Below are positions 57,810 to 64,000 of a DNA stretch of 64,000 bases, in pieces. Each line of letters begins with the position of its first letter. Position 1 is the first letter of the stretch. The stretch is from assembly GCA_041644975.1 (NCBI GenBank), contig JBAZQX010000006.1:9761-73760 (forward strand). Direction: 5' to 3'. Source of the stretch: Candidatus Doudnabacteria bacterium (GTDB lineage Bacteria; Patescibacteriota; JAQUNI01). A model generated the notes under the pieces. It did no database searches, was not told where the DNA came from, and saw only the letters and a program-made list of their open reading frames with translations. The position numbers and the translations under genes are program-made.

Positions 57810-58919
57810 ATGAAGCAAGAAATTAAAAAAATTCAAAAGGAATATGAAACGATCTTGAGCGCGCTTTCCGAGCCTGCTGCTATTTCTGATCCAGCGAAGC
57901 GAGCTTCCCTTAGTAAAAGAGGCGCTAGGCTTCAAACCATACTCGCGGAGTATGAAAATTACAAAAAAATTCAGAAAGAGATTAGAGAAACTGGAACCTT
58001 GCTTGTTGATCCCGAACTTAAAAAGGAAGCGGAGCAAGAATTGCAAAATTTAAAAAGTAAAGAGACGCAGATCAGGCAGAGTTTGGAGGAAAAATTAAAT
58101 CCCCCAAATCCCAATGACGTCAAAGATGTAATTATGGAAATCCGCGCCGGCGCCGGCGGCGATGAAGCCGGACTTTTCGCCGCCGATCTTTTTCGGATGT
58201 ATTCACGTTATGCTGAACAACGCGGATGGGAGATAAATCTTCTTAATTCCAGCCGCACAGGCATCGGCGGCTTTAAAGAGATTATCTTTGAGGTGAACGG
58301 CAGCGATGTTTTCAGCCACTTAAAATACGAAAGCGGAGTGCATCGCGTCCAACGCATACCGGAAACCGAAAAGTCGGGGCGTATCCACACCTCCACGGCT
58401 TCCGTCGCGGTTCTGCCTCAAGCCGAGGAAGTGGAAATCAAAATCAAACCGGAAAATTTACGCATTGACGTTTACCGTTCTTCCGGACCCGGCGGCCAAA
58501 GCGTAAACACCACCGATTCCGCTGTCCGCATCACCCACCTGCCCACCGGCTTGGTTGTTTCCTGCCAAGATCAAAAATCACAACTTAAAAACAAAGAAAA
58601 AGCGCTTCAGGTTCTCCGCTCTCGCTTGCTCGTTCAAAGGCAAGAAGAAGAAGCAAAAGCGCAAGGCAAGGCAAGACGTGCTCAAATTGGCGGGGCTAAA
58701 CGCGCTGAAAAAATTCGCACCTATAATTTTCCCCAAGACCGCGTCACAGATCACCGGATCAAAAAAAGTTGGCACGGTATAGAAAAAATTTTAAATGGGG
58801 AATTGGATGATATTGTTAAAACGACAAAAAAAAGTATTGAAACTAAGGGCATAAATATAATTCGTCGTTGCGAGGAGGCCGCCCCAAAGCGGCCGACGAA
58901 GCCCGCCCGCCTCGCCTGA
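57810..58919 (+). CDS. prfA: peptide chain release factor 1
   Basis: GGQ motif (SGPGGQSVNTTDSAVRITHLPTG) and RF1-type domains; the last ~18 codons run into a family B element, so the C-terminus is uncertain. Confidence 0.9.
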   Translation: MKQEIKKIQKEYETILSALSEPAAISDPAKRASLSKRGARLQTILAEYENYKKIQKEIRETGTLLVDPELKKEAEQELQNLKSKETQIRQSLEEKLNPPNPNDVKDVIMEIRAGAGGDEAGLFAADLFRMYSRYAEQRGWEINLLNSSRTGIGGFKEIIFEVNGSDVFSHLKYESGVHRVQRIPETEKSGRIHTSTASVAVLPQAEEVEIKIKPENLRIDVYRSSGPGGQSVNTTDSAVRITHLPTGLVVSCQDQKSQLKNKEKALQVLRSRLLVQRQEEEAKAQGKARRAQIGGAKRAEKIRTYNFPQDRVTDHRIKKSWHGIEKILNGELDDIVKTTKKSIETKGINIIRRCEEAAPKRPTKPARLA

Positions 58920-59051
58920 AGCGAAGCGATGGCGGGCAGGCAATCTCATAAAATTAGATAATTTTGGGATGACAAGTTTTTTCTTTTTTAGGAGATTGCC
59001 GCATCGCTTCGGCTCCGTTTCTACTCGCGCCTCGCTCCTCGCAATGACGAC
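58864..59051. mobile_element. family B MITE-like element spanning the prfA-prmC junction
   Basis: cgtcgttgcgaggagg ... gcccgcccgcctcgcctgaagcgaagcgatggcgggcagg ... cctcgcaatgacgacg. Confidence 0.6.
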
Positions 59052-59059
59052 GTACGCTA

Positions 59060-60235
59060 ATGACCATCTCCCAAGCCTTATCCCAAGCCATGAAAAAACT
59101 CAAATTGAGCAAAATTCCCTCCGCCCCTTTAGACGCGGAGATTTTATTATCTTCTGTTTTAAGGAAAAAACGAGAATATCTGCTTGCGCACCCAGGGGAC
59201 GCCATAACTCTCAGCCAAAGCCAAAAATACCAAGCCTTAATCTCGCGCCGCGTTAAAGGTGAACCCGCGGCTTATCTCACGCATCACAAAGAATTTTACG
59301 GTCTGGATTTTTATGTCAATAAAAATACTCTCATCCCGCGGCCGGAGTCAGAATTAATCATTGAGGAGGTCAAAAAAATTGCAGCATCACCAATCATTAT
59401 TGACGTAGGCACAGGATCGGGGTGTCTCGCGATTACCTTGGCGTACAGCATACCGCAAGCTGCTGTCTACGCCACTGACCTTTCGCCAAAAGCGCTTTCT
59501 ATCGCCCGAAGAAACGCCCGCTTACATAAGATAAACCCCGTTAGAGAACCTCGTTCTCTAACCCAGTCTAGAAATTTATTTCTAACGGGGCTAAAATCGG
59601 CGGGTTTCTCTAACGGGATAAAAATCAAATTCCTGCGAGGCAATCTCCTTTCGCCCTTGCCGTCTTGCGTTTGGCAGCTGCCAAGCAAAAAAATTATTAT
59701 CGCCAATCTCCCCTATCTTTCAGAAAAATACCGCAAAGATATTCGCGACACGAGCTTAAGATATGAACCGCGAGAAGCTCTTTGGGGCGGCAAAGACGGT
59801 TTAAAATATTACCGGCAATTATTTCAACAAATTTCCAAAATTATACAATCTCGCGCAATAGACCTCACTATTTTAATTGAAATTAATCCGGAACAAACAA
59901 TTAGAATAAAAAAGGTAATTAAACAATATCTTCCCTGCGCGGAAATAAAAATAAAAAAAGACCTCGCGGGTCTTAATCGTATTGCAGTTATTCAAATGGA
60001 CAGGCGAAAGCCTGCTAAAATGAGGTCATGCTGCGAGAGCGCGACACAGGTAAGTGTCAGACTTTCGCCCTTACAGGACCTTCGGCCTGACCTCCAAAAT
60101 AACACACTTTCCGCCTGCGTCCGCAAAAGGCGGACTGCGGCGAGACGAGGTCGTGTGTTACTCCAAAAATTGCTCCCACCCCCTCTTGTCTCCCCCTGTT
60201 TGTCTTCTCTTCAGAGTCTGAACGACCTGAACTAG
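59060..60235 (+). CDS. prmC: release factor glutamine methyltransferase PrmC (HemK) with in-frame repeat insertion and C-terminal read-through
   Basis: PLDAEILLSSVL N-terminal motif, SAM motif IDVGTGSGCLAITLA, NPPY-type ANLPY; 391 aa versus ~280 expected; the last ~80 codons run through GC-rich repeats. Confidence 0.8.
   Translation: MTISQALSQAMKKLKLSKIPSAPLDAEILLSSVLRKKREYLLAHPGDAITLSQSQKYQALISRRVKGEPAAYLTHHKEFYGLDFYVNKNTLIPRPESELIIEEVKKIAASPIIIDVGTGSGCLAITLAYSIPQAAVYATDLSPKALSIARRNARLHKINPVREPRSLTQSRNLFLTGLKSAGFSNGIKIKFLRGNLLSPLPSCVWQLPSKKIIIANLPYLSEKYRKDIRDTSLRYEPREALWGGKDGLKYYRQLFQQISKIIQSRAIDLTILIEINPEQTIRIKKVIKQYLPCAEIKIKKDLAGLNRIAVIQMDRRKPAKMRSCCESATQVSVRLSPLQDLRPDLQNNTLSACVRKRRTAARRGRVLLQKLLPPPLVSPCLSSLQSLNDLN
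59533..59616 (+). mobile_element. family A MITE-like element inside the prmC ORF (in frame)
   Basis: aaaccccgttagagaacctcgttctctaacccagtctagaaatttatttctaacggggctaaaatcggcgggtttctctaacggga. Confidence 0.7.
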
Positions 60236-60245
60236 TTTCAGGATC
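60207..60245. repeat. family J hairpin repeat (cagagtctgaacgacctgaa ... ttcaggatct)
   Basis: Second copy at 61066-61112. Confidence 0.5.
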
Positions 60246-60522
60246 TAACCTTTCTTGCCCTGTAGTCCGCCTTAGGCGGACAGGGCTTGCTTTCCAATAA
60301 TTTTTGTTTTTTATATTTAAAAACCAACCTTTTGTATTCGGCAAGCCGCTTTTCGGCCTTAAAAACCTTTGTCTGCAACAAAACAAAGCTTTTCCCGCTC
60401 CCCTTGCCCTTCTTAAATAAATCTATTTTTTTTCTAATCTCCTTGAGCTCTCCTTCAAAACTGGCAAGCTTTGCTAAAAGCACTGTCCGCTTAATCTTCG
60501 TCTTTTTATTTTTCTCGGGCAT
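60238..60522 (-). CDS. small basic protein (hypothetical)
   Basis: 94 aa, Lys-rich; the C-terminal region overlaps a repeat. Confidence 0.3.
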   Translation of the reverse strand: MPEKNKKTKIKRTVLLAKLASFEGELKEIRKKIDLFKKGKGSGKSFVLLQTKVFKAEKRLAEYKRLVFKYKKQKLLESKPCPPKADYRARKVRS

Positions 60523-60559
60523 AGAGCATTAGAATATAAAATCAAAATAATAAAGGGGG

Positions 60560-61024
60560 TTATTTTATTTTTAAAAAGGTTTGGCATTCTCTTATGTCCT
60601 TTCGCATTGCCCCAAACTGATTTTCTAAAATAAAAAACTTCTCTTTGTCTAATTTCTTCTCTTTTAATTCTCTGATATCCTCTTTGATTCCCATAATCTC
60701 ATCTTCAATGCGGGAAAGATACTGCAAAATAGATTTAAAATTATCCCGCATCTCTTGTTCTAGACCATCTATTCTCTGGCTTAAATTTTTCCCCAAACCA
60801 TCCATTTTTTGATCCAGACCATCCATTCTTTGATTTAAGCCCGTCTGACCCTCTGCTAAAATTTTAATATTATCATTCACATTTTCCAATAATACAGCAA
60901 CATCGCTCTCCTTAAAAATTTTTTCTTGCTTCTTAGGTATTTTTTTTAATTTTTGAATCATAATTTTCAAACCTCTACTTTTAGTATACCATTTCCAATT
61001 TTTTAAGTTAAATGTTATCCACAA
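60560..61024 (-). CDS. coiled-coil protein (hypothetical)
   Basis: Heptad-like repeats MDGLDQKMDGLGKNLSQRIDGLEQEM. Confidence 0.35.
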   Translation of the reverse strand: MWITFNLKNWKWYTKSRGLKIMIQKLKKIPKKQEKIFKESDVAVLLENVNDNIKILAEGQTGLNQRMDGLDQKMDGLGKNLSQRIDGLEQEMRDNFKSILQYLSRIEDEIMGIKEDIRELKEKKLDKEKFFILENQFGAMRKDIRECQTFLKIK

Positions 61025-61198
61025 TCTGTGCTTTAAAAAGGAATCTCGGCTCTGTCATCTCTTCAGAGTCTGAAGACTCTTCGGAGTCTGAACGACCTGA
61101 ATTTATTTCAGGATCTCCTCTTTAAACATGAAGATGCTGAACCAAGTTCAGCAAGACATTTTGAGCAGGGGGAGTAAGTTTTGTAATTCAAGGTATTA

Positions 61199-62317
61199 TT
61201 AGTAATTTACCGTCTTTTCCGGCGGGACTACTTCCACCCATGTTGTGCCGGGGTTAAATTCTATTTCTTTTCCTTCACCATCATAAAACCGTGTTCGCTC
61301 TTGCCGCGAGCCCTTTTTCCAAATTCCTTGGATTACTTCGCCATCGCGGAAGATGAGAGCCTTATTCCCGCCGATCGTGTGCATACCGAGCCGTCCTTTG
61401 ATATCACCAGGATCTTTTAATTTAGCCACCATATATTGCACAACGACATTTTTCGCCGCAATCTCCGCGCCGGAATTTTTGTCTATATGCTTGAAGCCGC
61501 CATTATAACGCAAATATTGATTATTTTCGCGGTCATACTTCCAAACCACTTGATAGCTGGAAGTGGAAAAGGGAATCACAATGTCAGGGACTTCTGCTCC
61601 CCGGCCATCACGCTCTTTCTCTTTTTTGAAAAGCCAAGGTTGAAAACTGCCTTTCTCCTCCCAACCTTTGGATCGTACAGCTTCTCGCAAAGATTCTATC
61701 TTAGTAAAAAGATTATGAGGAGCGAGAGCGCCAGAGGCGCGCCAGAAGAAATTACCATTATACATTTGATTTAATTCCTTCATCCCGTATTCCCGGCCGA
61801 GTCTTAAGGCGTAAGGATCTCCCCCGCAATATACATAGGCCGCGTTAAGCTCGCTTGCCCAATCCAGATAATAAACCCGCGCGCTCCGCACTGGTCCGAT
61901 TTCAGGGATATCTCCGTTAGCGGTAAAAAAGGCTAAAAAGCGGGTAATCCCGCCTTCGGCGAGCGCTTCATAAACTAAGTTGGCTTGAGAAAGTCCAGAT
62001 TGAGGCCTGACCGTTACCAAATTTTCAATCATCACCCCCAAAGGCAGCCTGTTTACTTCCTCTTCTTCAACCGGCATTCCGTCAATGAGGCGAATCCCTT
62101 TAGGTAAAACGTAATTTTGATTTTGTCGCGCGTCTTTCTGATTTAACTCACTCTCTCCCTCTCCTCCTCGCGCCTTGGGCGCAAGTCCCCGAATGTAAAA
62201 AATACCCAAGAAAATAACCACTACCAATAAAAAACCAGCCGCGCCAAAAATAATTTGGTGCTTGCGGCTGGTTTTTAATAAAATAAGGAATTGATGAAAA
62301 AAATTTTTGATATGCAT
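61199..62317 (-). CDS. DUF3048-domain protein (YerB-like)
   Basis: N-terminal TM/signal; C-terminal domain pattern typical of DUF3048 (YVYCGGDPYA ... NLF). Confidence 0.65.
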   Translation of the reverse strand: MHIKNFFHQFLILLKTSRKHQIIFGAAGFLLVVVIFLGIFYIRGLAPKARGGEGESELNQKDARQNQNYVLPKGIRLIDGMPVEEEEVNRLPLGVMIENLVTVRPQSGLSQANLVYEALAEGGITRFLAFFTANGDIPEIGPVRSARVYYLDWASELNAAYVYCGGDPYALRLGREYGMKELNQMYNGNFFWRASGALAPHNLFTKIESLREAVRSKGWEEKGSFQPWLFKKEKERDGRGAEVPDIVIPFSTSSYQVVWKYDRENNQYLRYNGGFKHIDKNSGAEIAAKNVVVQYMVAKLKDPGDIKGRLGMHTIGGNKALIFRDGEVIQGIWKKGSRQERTRFYDGEGKEIEFNPGTTWVEVVPPEKTVNY

Positions 62318-62332
62318 ATAAAGCTAAAAATA

Positions 62333-62923
62333 CTATTGTTCAAATCCTCCAGTTACCCAATCAAACTCACTTTGCCAATTACGCCCAGAACAACTCCAGC
62401 CGGGGCTATTCGGATGGGGATTACCGCTTGTCTCTATATCTACTACTCCTAAAACATAAAAGGCTCCTCGGGAAGCATCACAACCATAACTCCCAGCAGG
62501 ATAACGGTAATAGCGATAATTCCCACAATTATAATTATTGGTCGGATCTCTCACCTCTTGGCTTAATAATCCTGCCGTTCTTAAAGGAGAAATAAAATCA
62601 CCATCTCCGGGAGTGTCCCAACCACCACAACCCTGATAGTCTGAACTAGGATATAACCCGTATTGATCATAATACAGCGCCAGGGCAGTTATCAACTGTT
62701 TCATTGCCGCTAATCTTTGGGTATCTCGCGCTTTTTTTCGGGCATTATTCACAGACACAGTCACGATTGTTGCCAAAAGACCGATGATCGCAATTACCAC
62801 CAAAAGCTCAATTAGAGTAAACCCCGTTAAATGCCGCTTCACGGCAATTTTGCCAAAAGCAAAATTATTTAATGGGGTAAAAGCCATTGAGTGAACAGCG
62901 CGTTTTTTATTTTTGCAAAACAT
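62333..62923 (-). CDS. type IV pilin / pseudopilin with prepilin-type N-terminal methylation domain
   Basis: [21 protein letters not shown] class III signal sequence. Confidence 0.7.
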   Translation of the reverse strand: MFCKNKKRAVHSMAFTPLNNFAFGKIAVKRHLTGFTLIELLVVIAIIGLLATIVTVSVNNARKKARDTQRLAAMKQLITALALYYDQYGLYPSSDYQGCGGWDTPGDGDFISPLRTAGLLSQEVRDPTNNYNCGNYRYYRYPAGSYGCDASRGAFYVLGVVDIETSGNPHPNSPGWSCSGRNWQSEFDWVTGGFEQ

Positions 62924-62979
62924 AGTCTTCTTGAACTAAAGGATGTTATTTGCGAATGACATCCCTGAAATTTGTATTT

Positions 62980-63693
62980 TTATTTTACATCCCCTTGTTT
63001 TTCTCCTGCTCCTTCTTGGGCTCTCGGTTCGCCCCCTGCTTCACTTTCAGCCCCCTCCTCTCCCTCTTTTTTAACGCCCTCAACCTCTTCCACTTTTTCC
63101 TCTACTTTTTCCTCCAATTCTTCTAATTCCTTCTCTGAACGCGGCGGCATCACAGAAACGACCACATCTTCCGGGTGAGCCAACACTTCCACATTCTTTG
63201 GAATATCCAAATCTTTGACATGGATAACGTCATCAAATGTCTTTAAAGAAGATATGGAAACAGGAATAGAGTGGGGCAAATCTTGAGGTAAACAGGAGAC
63301 CTCAATCTCATCTAAATTCTTCACCAAAACGCCATCCAGATCCTTTACCGCCCGCGATACCCCATTGAATTCCAAAGGCGCTTCCGCGGTAATCTTCTCG
63401 GTCATCCTGACCTCGTAAAAATCTATATGCAAATACTCCCCGGATACTGGATCACGTTGCACCTCTTTGACTAAAACCTTGCGCGGTTTTTTTTCTTTTT
63501 CAATGGCAAGATCGATCAAAGAACTTTCACCTGCTTCTTGAAAAACCTTTTGAAATTGCTTACGATCAACAATCAAAAAAACATTTTTCACCTCGTGCCC
63601 ATAGAGCACCGCCGGCACCATTGCTTCTCGCCGCAACTTCTTGGGTTTGTTTTGAAGATCTCTTAATTTAACTTGTAAAACTAAATCAGCCAT
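62980..63693 (-). CDS. rplY: 50S ribosomal protein L25 / general stress protein Ctc
   Basis: N-terminal L25 domain and acidic C-terminal extension typical of the Ctc form. Confidence 0.85.
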   Translation of the reverse strand: MADLVLQVKLRDLQNKPKKLRREAMVPAVLYGHEVKNVFLIVDRKQFQKVFQEAGESSLIDLAIEKEKKPRKVLVKEVQRDPVSGEYLHIDFYEVRMTEKITAEAPLEFNGVSRAVKDLDGVLVKNLDEIEVSCLPQDLPHSIPVSISSLKTFDDVIHVKDLDIPKNVEVLAHPEDVVVSVMPPRSEKELEELEEKVEEKVEEVEGVKKEGEEGAESEAGGEPRAQEGAGEKQGDVK

Positions 63694-63699
63694 ATTTGT

Positions 63700-63838
63700 A
63701 AACCCCGTTAGAGAACTTCATTCTCTAACGGTTCTATTAAACCACCGTCAGCCCCGTTAGAAATTTATTTCTAACGGGGTCAGCGCCTATATTTTTCCCA
63801 CCACCACCGACTTTGTCGGTGGCTTTCTCTAACGGGGT
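63700..63838. mobile_element. family A MITE-like element (long form)
   Basis: aaaccccgttagagaacttcattctctaacgg ... ccccgttagaaatttatttctaacgggg ... ccaccaccaccgactttgtcggtggctttctctaacgggg; directly upstream of rplY. Confidence 0.65.
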
Positions 63839-64000
63839 AAAGATATCCCATTAAAAGTTCACCTTTTAAAGGGGGTATAAGCTCCATTAATAATAAAACG
63901 AAATTCCTCTATAACTCAAGCTGCGTATTTTAGCGAGGGAAAATAAAATCCCTTTGGTCTTAATAACTTATTTGGTTATTTTGCTATTCCAATTTCTTCT

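Overview
This 64-kb window comes from a moderately AT-rich bacterial chromosome. The gene content and style resemble an uncultivated Gram-positive-like lineage, possibly Patescibacteria/CPR: freestanding 23S-IVS-type four-helix-bundle genes, sortase, type IV pilin, DUF3048 and V-type ATPase; this placement is a low-confidence inference. Housekeeping content is clear: a V-type ATPase fragment (subunits G/H and I); hrcA-grpE-dnaK-(two inserted genes)-dnaJ with a CIRCE operator; truD; an ECF sigma factor; the dcw cluster mraZ-rsmH-ftsL-ftsI-murF; a MacB-like ABC pair; rplJ-rplL; mltG; a GMP-type nucleotidyltransferase; pcm; tsf-rpsB; rpmE-prfA-prmC; rplY; rpmG; and six tRNA genes. The most striking property is that nearly every intergenic region is filled with several families of palindromic, MITE-like repeats. 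Two copies of one family sit in frame inside the truD and prmC coding regions, in the manner of Rickettsia RPE elements. Other families extend or fuse ORF ends at prfA, prmC and mraZ. A tRNA cluster at 51-53.3 kb (Trp, Thr-GGU, Tyr, Thr-UGU, next to rpmG) is heavily colonised by selfish elements. It carries a 221-nt group-I-like insertion in the anticodon loop of tRNA-Thr(GGU), a LAGLIDADG-like ORF, a GIY-YIG ORF, and a nested repeat/tRNA-half duplication around tRNA-Thr(UGU). A five-gene cluster at 42.1-46.6 kb encodes a SipW-type (ER/archaeal-type) signal peptidase with four cognate secreted proteins sharing a conserved N-terminal module. One of these has a lamin-tail domain plus Cys-rich repeat, and one has a sortase-like C-terminal signal; together they suggest a TasA/SipW-like surface-fibre system. 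A 2.3-kb segment at 22.98-25.47 kb is bracketed by ~85-bp inverted repeats and flanked by hairpin-rich non-coding DNA. All calls rest on reading the sequence and on motif recognition; no database searches or folding computations were run.
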